Positions 1 to 11,643 of a DNA stretch of 64,000 bases are shown piece by piece. The stretch comes from Mytilus californianus. Lineage: Eukaryota. Every line of letters starts with the position of its first letter. The first letter of the stretch is position 1. Both the position numbers and the translations under genes were made by a program. The stretch lies in the NCBI RefSeq assembly GCF_021869535.1, contig NW_026262723.1, positions 73,222,001 through 73,286,000 on the forward strand, in the 5' to 3' direction. The notes under the pieces are model-generated. The model was not told the origin of the DNA. It made no database searches and saw only the letters and a list, made by a program, of their open reading frames with translations.

Positions 1-885
1 ATACAGCTATCTTAGTTATATATTGATCTTACTGAATCCCAGGTCGTTATGTAGTTTGGGGTATTGCTGTCAAATTTAAGGATTAAATTAATCTAGGTAA
101 AAAAAAATCTAGTATTTGCAGTTTGGACTCAATTCAGATGGTACACTTTAATTTGTTTTATAACTTTTTCAAATCAACTTGGATTTTCATCAAACTATAC
201 AGCTTTTTCAGCTATATATTGATCTTACTGAATCCCAGGTCGTTATGTAGTTTGTTGTATTGCTGTCAAATTTAAGGATTAAATTAATCTAGGTAAAAAA
301 AGATAGAATTTGCATTTTGGACTAAATTCAGATAGTACACTTTAGTGTTTTTTATAACTTTTTCAAATCAACTTGGATTTTCATCAAACTATACAGCTAT
401 CTCAGTTATATACTGATCTTACTGAATCCCAGGTCGTTATGTAGTTTGGGGTATTGCTGTCAAATTGAAGGATTAAATTAATCTAGTTCAAAAAAGCAAG
501 AATTTGCAGTTCAGACTAAATTTGGATAGTTAACTTTGAATTATTTTATTACTATTTCAAAGCAACTTGAATTTTCATCCAAATCTACAGCTATCTTCAT
601 TATATTTTTATCTTACAAAAAAACAGGTTATTTGGTAATTTGGTTTATTGCTGTCAAATTTAAATATTTAAGTTATAGGTTTCTATCTGAATTTTGTCAA
701 AACTGAAAATTTTAGCCTTTTTTTACCTATTAACTAAGTCCTTAAATTTGACACAATACACCAAAACACAAAACAGCCTGGTATTTTGTAAGATAAATAT
801 ATAATAAAGATAGCTGAAAAGTTTGATGAAAATCCAAGCTGATTTGAAAAAGTTATAAAATTTAAAAAATGACACCTTTGTTTTG
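1..885. repeat. ~195-bp tandem satellite-like array (about 3.5 units, 1-690) plus one inverted unit (~715-885)
   Basis: Unit start 'tacagct...tattgatcttactgaatcccaggtcgttatgtag' recurs at ~1, 197, 391 and 585. 715-885 is a reverse-complement copy (aatttgacacaatac...gatttgaaaaagttataaaa). The array is cut by the window start. Confidence 0.85.
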
Positions 886-1137
886 TTAAAACAAGAATTT
901 AATATAATCATGATAATAGAACTTTCATAACAATCCTTGATAACCTTTTAAAAAAGGAAATGTGTTCCAAAGTTACAGTAAAAATTTATTTTAATCAAAT
1001 TTAAATAAATTTTTGTCAGATTTAAAGACATGGCATACAAGAGGCACTTTAATAAGGTTTAATTACATCAGTACATGTGTGTTTTACAGGTAAAAAGAAA
1101 GCCCTACTTTTCTTAAACTCGTGTATTACTTATCGAA

Positions 1138-1597
1138 TGTAGGACAAAAAGTCACAGACAAAAAGCCACAGGACAAAAAGTCACAATTCAGTTTTGAGAT
1201 TATTTTTCTTTAACAAGAAAACACTTATTTAAAAAAAAACATTTTTTGTACTTTTCTTGAACTTTAGTATATAAGCAACTTTGTAAACAAAATTTATATA
1301 AAAAAAGTATTTATAATGATCAAATAATTGTTATGAAAACGAAATGTCAAAGTGGGTTGGTACTTAAAAGGCTTCATGGTGCCAAGAAATATATCTTTTG
1401 CATAATTAAAATTTAATAAATCTTTATTTATCAAGTCTAATGAACAATTTCCTCAACTGTAAAATAAATATATGTGATAAAAAGTAAATATTTAAAGATC
1501 TTTCTCTAAAATATTCAAACAAGTGTATACATATTATTTGTGACTTTTTGTCCTATCAAATTTGTGACTTTTTGTCCTGTGACTTTCTGTCCATTTA
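1138..1597. mobile_element. MITE-like element with subterminal (GGACAAAAAGTCACA)n inverted repeats
   Basis: Left end aggacaaaaagtcacagacaaaaagccacaggacaaaaagtcaca; right end tgtgactttttgtcc...tgtgactttttgtcctgtgactttctgtcc; non-coding AT-rich interior. Confidence 0.7.
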
Positions 1598-1905
1598 CCT
1601 ACTTATCTAGTGAATTCAAAAGGCCTTGCGATTTAAGTTTAACAGGATGTTGCAATTTTGAATGAATGTCATTTAGAATTTAATACTCTCTGGTAGGTGT
1701 GATCTTTTTGCCCCAAGCAGGAGGTATTGCTTTATACTTCACCACTTTAATCAGAAGGACAATTTTAATAATTTCTTTAATGTTTGATCCCTTTTTGATA
1801 TATTCATATAATATATATCAACATGTCGAGACAATGTCGAGACTAGTCAAGTAAAATGTGAGCACAAAATCTGGTCTTTTCAGACTCTGAGCAGTTTGTA
1901 GTGTA

Positions 1906-2137
1906 GATAATGAACAAATCCAAAGTGATGAAGAAGATGACCTTGTAATAAGAGCCTATGACAGTTCTGACAGTGATAATGACAATGATGATAATAATAC
2001 TAAATGATGAATATAGTAGTAATAGTAGTAGTAGTGGCAGTGAAAGTGAAAGTGAAATTGAAAAGGAATCTTATTTGCCTTCTTAAAGGAGGAGATCATT
2101 TAAAATTCCAGACAAATTCAAAGACTACTATATGTGA
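1906..2137 (+). pseudogene. Possible decayed C-terminus of an LTR-retrotransposon (Ty3/Gypsy-like) pol
   Basis: An acidic/Ser-rich reading with one frameshift and one stop ends RRRSFKIPDKFKDYYM*, resembling the RxxRxRxxPxRxxDY tail typical of pol ends. No other pol domain is visible. Confidence 0.35.
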
Positions 2138-2172
2138 TCTATGTTAATCTGATAAAAATGAAGTTAAATATA

Positions 2173-2250
2173 AAAAAGAAGATGTGGTATGATTGCCAAT
2201 GAGACAACTCTCCACAAGAGACCAAATGACACAGAATTTAAAAACTATAG
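2173..2250 (+). repeat. Fragment of an abundant dispersed repeat (GATGTGGTATGATTGCCAATGAGACAAC family)
   Basis: The same motif recurs at ~15990-16050, 22240-22445, 23455-23730, 28895-29013 and 58588-58690 (+), with reverse copies near 12590-12740, 46440-46570 and 58725-58775. Confidence 0.75.
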
Positions 2251-3092
2251 TCAGTTTGATTTATTCATAGATTAGATAGGACATATACTTATTTAGTAGA
2301 TATTTCATATAGGACAGAAACTTTTTTTGGTATATTCAGAGGTTAGGACATAGATTTTTTTAAGGGAGAAATATGAATTGCACCGGTCCCAACCCCCCAA
2401 TAAATATTGACCAACCCCTTAAAGAACAGTGAAGGCAACAAAAAAAAACTTTGGAACAGAATAAACATGAAAAAATACTTTGATATAAAATTAAAAAAAT
2501 ATGTAAAAATTTGATTAGATATTTTACATGTATAACTGTTTAACAAATGTAAAAAAAAAACGAATTCATGGATAGTGTTTCTGCACAAAAAAGCATGATT
2601 GTCAAATATAATTCTGTCCTCCCATAAAGCAGAATTTACCTACCCACTGTTAATTTAGAATAGTCAGATTCTAAATTAAGCTGCAATTTTTTTGAGAAAT
2701 GTATTCTACCATACACTTTATACATGTTAATTGTTTAATATTGCATGTATCATTTATTATAGTCAATAACATATTGTCATCTGTTTGGGCTCCTGTGTTG
2801 GCAATAAAATATGCTTATGTATTGTTTTGTTTACTTTATAACAGCAATATAGATACAGTTCACACATAGTAGCATTATTTTTCAACTATCCAAATACATT
2901 GTAGCATGAAATGTAGCCACAACTTTGATCATGTTTTTTGTGCTTTAACATGGGACACACACTTTTTTACTAGGTAAAGTGCATGGGACAAGCATATTTT
3001 TATTCTGCCAGTAACCATGGGATCAAGAGAATTATTTCAGACAATTTTCTTTTTGCACCGGTCCCATGCATCAAGAAATTTTGACCGGTCCC

Positions 3093-5800
3093 TAAGAACA
3101 CTATACCAAAGTGGTAAATATGCACAAGTAACAAAAGAGATGGATAAATACAAGATTGAAATTCTAGGACTAAGTGAAGTTAGATGGAACACATCAGGCA
3201 TGACAAGTTGAATAAAGGCCACAAAATTATTTATTCTGCAGACACCAAACAAAATGATCCACATGAAAAGGGAGTTGGATTTCTTATAACAAAAAGATCT
3301 AAAACAGTTCTGCTTGAGTGGAATCCCATCTCACCAAGAATTATCACAGCACGCTTTAAGCTTTAACCCAGGTTTCCAAAAAACCACCTTGATACAAGTA
3401 TACGCCCAAACGAATGGTGCAAAAGACAGTGAACAAGAAGACTTCTACCGCTCATTACAGACAACAATAGAAAAAGTGCCAAAAAGGGACCTATTGGTAC
3501 TAATGGGTGACCTAAATGCCGAGGTTGGATCAGAAAGAGCTAGAGGGATGGGAGAGAGAAATTGGTCCTCATGGGATAGGAAAAATGAATGAAAATGGTG
3601 AACTATTCGCAGACCTCTGTGCTACCAACAACCTTGTCATAGGAGGAACACTTTTCAAACATAAGAACTGCCATAAGGTAACCGGGGATTTACCAGCAGG
3701 AAATGCAGAAAACCAAATAGACCACATAACCATTTCGCAGAGATGGAGATCTTCACTGCAAGATGTAAGGGCAAAAAGAGGAGCAGATGCAGCTTCAGAC
3801 CAGCATCTAGTTATAGGGTCAATAAAGATGAAACTTTTAGCCCAAAAAAACAGATGTCAAAAGAAGAAAGTTTAACGTTGGGAAGCTAAAATACCAAACA
3901 TAAGAGAAGAATTTCAAATATCTCTTCAAAACAGATTCTCATCTATAAGATAAAGTGACCTGGATATAGAGAACAATGATATTAACGACATATGGGAGCA
4001 GGCAAAAAATGCAATCCTAAAAACCTCCGAGGAAACATGCAGTATGAACGCAAAAACTGGATGTCAGATGATACATGGGTTAAGGTTGAAGAAAGGAGAA
4101 AGGCCAAAGAAAAGGTCTTATATGCCACCACAAGACAACAGAAAAGACAAACACAAGACCTCTATAGGGAGAAAGACAAAGAAGCGAAGAAGAAATGTAT
4201 ATATGTTGAACAACTAGCACAAGAAGCAGAAATTGCCTGTAGCAAAGGAGACATAAAAATTTCTCTACAATACAACTAGACAACTTAGTGGCAGACGATC
4301 CAACTCAAATGCTCCAGTTAAACATAAAAAATGGCAATGTAATTACCAAAATTGAAGAACAATTAAAACGATGGAAAGAACATTTTGAAGAAGTGCTAAA
4401 CAGACCCCCTCCAACAGACCCATCTAACATAGAAGGGAGAAAAGTCCTGAATATCAAGACAGGAGATATAACTAAAACAGAAGTTAATGCTGCAATAAAA
4501 CAACTTAAAAATGGAAAATCAGGAGGAATTTACAACATACCCCCTGAAGCTATTAAGGCAACGGATAACATCTGTATTGATAAACTTCACCAACTACTCA
4601 ACACAATATGGAATGGTGAACATATACCTGAAGACTGACGTAAAGGAATCCTCATTAAACTATCAAAGAAGGGCGACAACTCCATCTGTAACAATTGGAG
4701 AGGTATTATTTTGCTTTCCATTCCTATCAAAGTCCTATGTCACATCATCCTACAAAGATTAAAGAAAGAAGTTGATAAATTGCTGAGAGATGAACAGGCC
4801 AGTTTCAGACTGGCAAGAGAGATCATGTATTGACCAAATTGATACACTAAGAATCATCATTGAGCAAACTATTGAATGGCATACATCCCTATACTTAACA
4901 TTTATAGATTTTGAGAGGGCCTTTACTAGTATAGACCATCAAGTACTGTGGGACATCCTCAGATATTATGGAATACCTGAAAAGATCATATCCGTTATCC
5001 AACAGCTCTATGATGGATTTTCATGTCAAGTGATCCATGCAGGGACCCTAACAGATCCATTTCCTGTATCAACTGGTGTCAGGCAAGGATGTCTACTCTC
5101 TTCTCTCCCTTTTCTGGTGGTTATAGACTGGGTGAGTCGGAAATCATACAATATTCCTCTGGGCATTAATTGGACATTACAGTCGTGCTTCGAAGACCTT
5201 GACTTTGCAGACGATATCTGCCAGCTTTCCCACCGCCATGAAGATTCACAAAACCAAGCAACCAACCTTGAAACAACTGCAAAACAATTAGGACTGTACA
5301 TAAATGCAAAAAAGACAAAATCTATGAGGGTTAACGCACACCAACTTAACAAAACCAAAGTGAGAGATGCTGAAATTGAGGATGTCCCAGAATTCACATA
5401 TCTTGGAAGTGTCATCGGTACACGATACGTAAAAACAACACAAACGTAACTAGACAGGCGTTAGATTGGAATCCGCAGGACCATCGTAAAAGAGGGCAAC
5501 TAAAAACCACCTGGTGCAGAGATCTAACCTCTGATCTACAGAAAATCGGGAAAACATGGGGAGCAGGGGCGTTTCTATGATATTTGAAAGATGGGGCGTA
5601 GAATGAAATATTTTTTGGACCTTTTTTTAGCTAAAAAAAACATAAAATAATTAATGAATATGATAAATTGCCATATTCAATACAATATTAGCAGATTACG
5701 ATAGTTTTTTTTTAAAAGGGGGGCGTACGCCCATTACGCCCTCACCTGGACCCGCCCCTGGGGAGAAACAAAGAAACTAGCCAAGGACAGGAACACCATT
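3093..5800 (+). mobile_element. Degenerate RTE-clade non-LTR retrotransposon (APE endonuclease + reverse transcriptase)
   Basis: ORF fragments carry APE motifs (RTLYQSGK, ILGLSEVRW, LMGDLNAEVG, QIDHITIS, SDQHLV) and RT motifs (FIDFERAF, GVRQGCLLS, DLDFADDI, FTYLGS), plus the RTE-type tail ALDWNPQ..RKRG..KTTW and WGETKKLAKDR. It has several stops and frameshifts, an internal deletion near 5420-5450 and a truncated 5' end. Confidence 0.92.
5564..5760. mobile_element. MITE inserted in the RTE 3' coding region
   Basis: Termini CAGGGGCG...CGCCCCTG are flanked by GGGAG (5559-5563 and 5761-5765). Removing the element and one GGGAG restores tgg gga gaa aca aag (WGETK). Confidence 0.85.
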
Positions 5801-7374
5801 ACAGTCATGTTTACCGAATCGGAATTGACGTATCTTAATTTTCTAATAAATCATCGTAAATTTCATTTATGTCATCCAACATATAAAAAGAATTCTGCTA
5901 TATTCGACGGCAAATTGAATTTTTGTTTTATTGTTTCTTCTACAGAATATCTCCAGATGAGGTCCAGATTCAATTTTTTGTACTCTTCACCAGAAGACAT
6001 TCTGGAGATGTACAGAAGAGACCAATAAAACACGCCCCATACTAAAAATGTGCGCACGATCAACGCTTTTGCAACCCTCTTAAGTTTTACTGAGATTTAA
6101 AATTGGCATTTGATTATGGTTCCAATGACACACTTAATTTTTCAAATTATGTTTTTAATGTTCGTCAACTTGGGTTTGTATTTGATATAGCCTTCTACTG
6201 TTTTAATTACGGCACCACAGGTGAGTCTTGTGTAGACCAAACTCGTAATGGCATAATTATAAGCCGATGATAAGCCTGGTAGATTATATGAGTTTTTCAC
6301 CCCCAAACATGACTATCCTGTACGATTTTTTTTTCCTTATTTAATATTTATTAATGAAATGCACATTTATACCCCGAGGGGTTGAAGGCATATACACAAT
6401 GCAATACAAATATATACACAATGCAATACAAATATATACTCAATGCAAAAATTATAGAATGTTAAATCATCATATATACCGGTAGTAAAAAAAGTAATAA
6501 TATTTATGCTGTTGTTGTGTCCACTCTCCTCGGTGCAAATGACTTTTTAATGAACGGAACAGTAAGCTGCTGCATAATATTAAATGTAGATAGAAGTAAC
6601 TGTAATTTATCTTTTTCAGATGATTTCATAATTCCTGGATGAATATTATTGATGTCTTTTTTAAGCTGTTTTCTTAAAGATTTATTAGTTGCATATGTTA
6701 AAGAAAATAGTTTCATCTTCAAACTCATTAATATTACAATGTTTTCCAGTTCTATTTTCTCTTTGGATTCTTTTATTTCCTCTCTATTTCCAAGAAATGG
6801 TCACTTACTCGCATTTTACATAATATTTTTCGATTTCCAAAATATATTTAAGAATGCATTTGTCTAACTCATATGTTGTCTTAATTTTACTGTCAAAGAA
6901 CATTTCACTTGTTTCATTAGTTGATTTTAATTATTCAAAGGATATATTTTCAAAGCTATCGTTTAGTTCCTTTTTAATATTTTTTGAGAATGAACTCTTC
7001 TCTTGTTTATAGTTTATTTCCTGTATTTCCAGTAACTTAATCTTTTCTCTAATTGCAAACAAGGAATTGTATAGGTCGGAACATATACAAATCCTTGTTG
7101 CAAACAATGTTTAATAACATAATAATTTAATATAATTTAATAACAATATTCAAATTGAAATATGCATACAACAAAATTGTCCAACACATCATTATATGTA
7201 AATGAACTTAAACTCTATATGATCGATCCATATTCACAAATATGACAATAAACGGTAAACTGTACGTTGTAGTTACTGGAGCACCATCGATGAACTGACA
7301 GTTGGACAATTTCTTTATATGATATAACGGAAACCCCACCCTTTAAACCGCCCAAGGATTTCACGTGCATATAT

Positions 7375-7560
7375 AAAACTGAGAATGGGAAATGCGTCAA
7401 AGAGACAACAACCCGACCAAAGAGCAGAAAAGAGCCCAAGACCACAAATGGGTCTTCAACACATCGAGAAAATCCCGCACCCGGAAGCGGGCTTCAGCTG
7501 GCCCCTAAACAATGTATACTATATAGTTCAGCGAAAATGGATAACCAATATATCTAAATC
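7375..7560 (+). repeat. Dispersed repeat (GTCAAAGAGACAACAACCCGACC family)
   Basis: A reverse-complement copy lies at ~54165-54330 (...gggtcttcaa...cccgcacccggaagcgggcttcagctggcccctaaac). Confidence 0.7.
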
Positions 7561-7699
7561 CAATAACAACCACTCGTTTCACAACTTCTCTAACCAGTTT
7601 TTAATATATTTAACTATATTTAATGCAGGGGAAACCCTAAAGTCAAACGAAAACAAATAAATAAATCTTTTTTCTTTTTACGGTTTATTTATTTAATAA

Positions 7700-8000
7700 A
7701 CATAGTCTTTACAATAAACACACCATCTGAAGTCCTGCCGTTCTTCTTAAAGCCTAGTTGATGGTGGCATATATTATTTTCAAATAAAATAAGTAACCTA
7801 CAATTTATAACCATATTAAATAATTTCCTCAGACAGCTCATCAGAGAAATTCCTCTGTAACTAGATGATCCCCACTTTTAAATATAGGAACAATAAATGA
7901 CTTATTCCAATTTTCAGGATATAGAGAGGCGCTATAATTTGGTCACGGCTTTATCAGAAGTATATTGTGTATGTCCTGATTTTGTTCGAAGCCCAAAGAA
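7700..8000 (-). mobile_element. Degenerate LINE reverse-transcriptase fragment (CR1/L2-like)
   Basis: The minus strand reads PENWNKSFIVPIFKSG..SYRGISLMSCLRKLFNMVINCRLLILFENNICHHQLGFKKNGRTSDGVF, the typical N-terminal part of a non-LTR RT. Confidence 0.8.
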
Positions 8001-8448
8001 CACATTAGCTGTGGGAATTTTAATAGAGATTGAGAGACTTTTCAATAATTCTCCCTAGCGTGACAAATTCAGGGAAAATTATCCCCATCTCTTTCGATAA
8101 CAAAGCTCTATTTTAATGAGGTTTTGATAAAATATACCCGCCAAAGTTTACAGTAAAACACAGATGTCTTTTGCTGGCTGTCTCGATGACTTATAAACCC
8201 AGTCATACATTTTTTTCATACTAAAACGTTTAGCAGGAAATAGTTATAGGAATTTATTTAAATGATTACACTCTGGCTTAACAATCAACAGAGGGAACAG
8301 GGTAGAAAATTTGGTCACTACTCTCAAAATTGTGGTATTAAACTTTGCTTTTATCCCAACTCGATTTTCATAGTTGAAATATTTATAACAAAGTTGGTTA
8401 CAAATCTTAAGGATTATTCATAAATGACATTTTACTTGCACCCCAAGT

Positions 8449-8716
8449 GTGACTGGGGAATAGAAATGTGGTCACTACAGGTCTTCTTCCGATCGGCAGT
8501 AAAATCTTGCCAAAGTGGGTCCGTTTGGCTGTGCGTTAAATCCGATGCCTCGTGTAGAGGGTGTCACGCTCTCTGCACGTTAAGAAACCGTATAACAACT
8601 CTTAGAGGGGTCCGTAGGTGGCCTGTTGCAAGGCAAAATTTCTGTCCGTATCCAATATACATGGATTAGATATTTGCCACTGGACGTTAAGGAACCAACA
8701 ATCAACCAATCAATCA
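8449..8716 (+). mobile_element. SINE-like element with (CAAT)n tail
   Basis: Relatively GC-rich body (tctgcacgttaagaaacc...ggtccgtaggtggcctgttgcaagg). The 3' end atatttgccactggacgttaaggaaccaacaatcaaccaatcaatc is shared with a second copy at ~30105-30162. Confidence 0.6.
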
Positions 8717-8824
8717 TTTTACTTGCAAACTGATTAAAATATAGATTATGTGTCCAAGCTTTGTATAAGGTTGTAAGAGAAGCACAGGATCTGTATCTTA
8801 ATGAGATTTTGCTTGGTAAAACAT

Positions 8825-8968
8825 CTCGTCCACCACTCAAATGTATCTTCTACAACTACGGTCACTTCTCGTCCACATTGCACCACTCAAAGGTATCTTC
8901 TACAACTACGGTCACTTCTCGTCCACATTGCACCACTCAAAGGTATCTTCTACAACTACGGTCACTTC
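8825..8968 (+). repeat. 50-bp minisatellite (about 2.8 units) just upstream of the C1q gene start
   Basis: caccactcaaa..tatcttctacaactacggtcacttct starts at 8831, 8881 and 8931 with near-identical units. Confidence 0.9.
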
Positions 8969-9039
8969 TGCTTATCAACGCTCTTGACACTTATTTGGAA
9001 AATCAAAAGAGGTCAACAATATCAGATAACGAAAAGGAA

Positions 9040-9932
9040 ATGTCTGCCATAACTCTTGTTTTGTTAGCATTTACCAGTGTTTCTTCGGGACTTCTTCTTG
9101 ATGGTATACCCTCTCAAGAGGAATTGCATTCTGATGCCACTCTTCAGCTTCTCCTATCGGAGGTTACTAGACTTAGCAATGAACTGAAAGAAGCTCAGGG
9201 GAAAATTAACACCTTGGACAATCAAGTCGGTAAAACACTTATTTAGACACCTTCGTGATACTTGTATCTCTTTTTTCGAGGAATAAACATCAATGCAGCA
9301 AATTTAATATAATGATATTAATGATTCATATAGTCATATTTTTTAATATTGTTTATTTTAATACACAAAAACATTGTGCAAAGTAAGTCTTGTGTATTCC
9401 TAAACAAATTCAAATGCTCAATAAAAACAATGGATACTAAAATTACTTCAAAACGATAGTCAGTGTGTTTTGTTTTCCAGACAAGCTAACGAATAAAGAT
9501 CGTGACATTGCATTCTTTGCCTACCTAGGACCTGATATGGTAAACCCTAGTTCTGGAACAACAATAGTTTTCAATGAACCAATGACGAATTCAGGCAACG
9601 ATTATGATCCACAACATGGAGTTTTCACGGCCTCTGTCAATGGAACATATAACTTTCACCTAGTTGCCGCCTCACCCGAGAACAGCGACCCCTCCCATCA
9701 ATTTCATTTATACATCACGAAGAACAAGCCTGGATCTTACGTGTCATATGGTTGGTTGGACAGAACTACGGACCATTGGGTTCAGACCAGTGCTTCTGCT
9801 GTTCTGCATTTGCTTCAAGGAGATAGAGTTTGGGTTGAAGTTGGTTTAGTCCTAGGTTCACACACCCTTGCAGGACACAACGACAATAGAGCACACACAT
9901 ATTGGTCTGGTTTTCTGATCCATGCTGATTAA
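9040..9932 (+). CDS. Secreted C1q-domain-containing protein (signal peptide, short coiled coil, globular C1q), 213 aa; exons 9040-9229, 9481-9932
   Basis: Signal peptide MSAITLVLLAFTSVSSG is followed by a heptad-like segment. A phase-1 GT-AG intron (gtcg|gtaaaa...ttccag|ac) joins it to C1q motifs AFFAYL, IVFNE..TN.GNDYDP..GVFTA..NGTYNF, LHLLQGDRVWV, TYWSGFLI. AATAAA lies near 9945. Confidence 0.92.
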
Positions 9933-10434
9933 AACATTTACCAAATAAAACAACCATAGATTAATATTGTTGTCCATTCTTTGATCACTGTTTTCATTTC
10001 TATATTAGTAAATCACTGATTTTTGTACTCCCTTTTTGTATTTCAAAAATCCTGTTACTGAAAGATTTCACACTTGAATTTGTAGTATGACTGTTATCAG
10101 GCTGTTATATCGTGCGGAATTTAAATAAATATAAAACAAGTAACTGTCTTATACGAATGACAAATAGTTTTACTTCCAAATTCTAAATCAGCACAAATAG
10201 CACATGTTGGACTCAGTGCTACATCTAATTTAAAAATTAAAAAAAACACAACTTTATAGATGGAGAAATTAAACACAATTTCACTACCCTTGCAAGTTGA
10301 CTATATTGAAACCTTTCATGGCTATTTAACAAATTACCGAATATGATCCAAAAATAATTAATAAAATAAATGTAAAGTATTTAATATTTCACGTACTAGT
10401 ATGTTTTAACAAATAATAAGATAACAATCATGAT

Positions 10435-11643
10435 AAAATAAATTGCTTCGCCGAGCGCAGCTGGATACGACCGCAGAGGTCCAACCCTTAACAGGTGGGG
10501 AAAAAATGGACACAATATTCGCGCTTGATACAGGTCTGAATTTGGATTGTAATTAAATATTTGACACATAATAGGTTTCTGACACAGAATAACTGTAGTC
10601 AAAGAACTTAGAATTGGTTATATGATTTGAATTTATATTCAATTTTTTGCTGTTGCGAATTGACCCCCCCCCCCAAAAAAAAAAATGTACCCCATTTTTT
10701 TTTGCTTTTGTGCAATACACTATGCTGTTGCGAATTGACCCCCCCCCCCCCTCCCCCCCCAAAAAAAAAATTACCCCCCTTTTTTTTGCTTTTGTGCAAT
10801 ACACTATGCTGTTGCAAATTGACCCCCCCAAAAAAAAAAATTTACCCCTCCTTTTTCTTTTTAATTTCTGAAACCTGAAATGAGAAAAAATTGTTCCCCC
10901 TCACAATTTCTTTTTTACCCCCCCCCCCCCCCCCCCTTTTTTTTCAAAAAAAAAAATTCTTTCCCTCAAGATATCGACATAATCTCAATTCAAATTTCCA
11001 ATGGAGTTTGCAACCATAATTACCCATTTAAATACATCATAAAAGTCTTAAAATAGAAAATGACATACATAATCATGGCTAAAATTAATATTCCTTAATC
11101 AGCATTTTTAAATAGTAACTTTTAAAAATAAATTGACAGCTAATCACCTCAAGACAATACAACATTTCTTTATACATAATTTAAAAGCAGTGTAAGGGAG
11201 GTAATCCAAACATTATATTGTACTTTTTTTAATTGTCCATTAACCAGGAAACCCTTGTTTTCCCCCCTTTTTTGCCCCTAATTCCTAAACGGTTTGAGCC
11301 ATAATCCCACAAAGCCAATCCTAACAATCCCTTTGTGGATTGGAAACTCTAGGTATAATTTCAGAGAGATCCATACACCGTTCCACAAGTTATTGTCTGG
11401 AAACTAGAAAAATGCTTACTTGGGCCCCTTTTTGGCCCCTTAATTCCTAAACTGTTAGGACTATAACCCCCAAAATCAATCCCAACCTTCCTTTTGTGGT
11501 TATAAACCTTGTGTTTAAATTTCATAGATTTCTATATACATTTACTAAAGTTATTGTCCGGAAACCAAATGTCTAAGGACGACGCTGATGATGACGACGT
11601 GATACCAATATACGACCGCAAAATTTTTTCCGGTCGTATAAAA
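10435..11643 (-). mobile_element. Helentron-type non-autonomous element (HINE-like), copy A
   Basis: One end has the hairpin atacgaccgcaaaattttttccggtcgtata beside a GAC microsatellite; the other end has the subterminal repeat gatacgaccgca. Homologous to 14705-15989 and 43843-45137. Confidence 0.7.

Noticed and set aside
5026-5415. 129-aa minus-strand ORF
   Set aside because: Antisense shadow of the RTE reverse-transcriptase region.
8761-9039. N-terminal half of the 161-aa ORF as part of the C1q protein
   Set aside because: It is read through the 50-bp VNTR; the signal peptide begins at ATG 9040.
10553-10878. Gly/Pro/Lys-run ORFs
   Set aside because: Produced by poly-C/poly-A tandem units inside the copy-A element.
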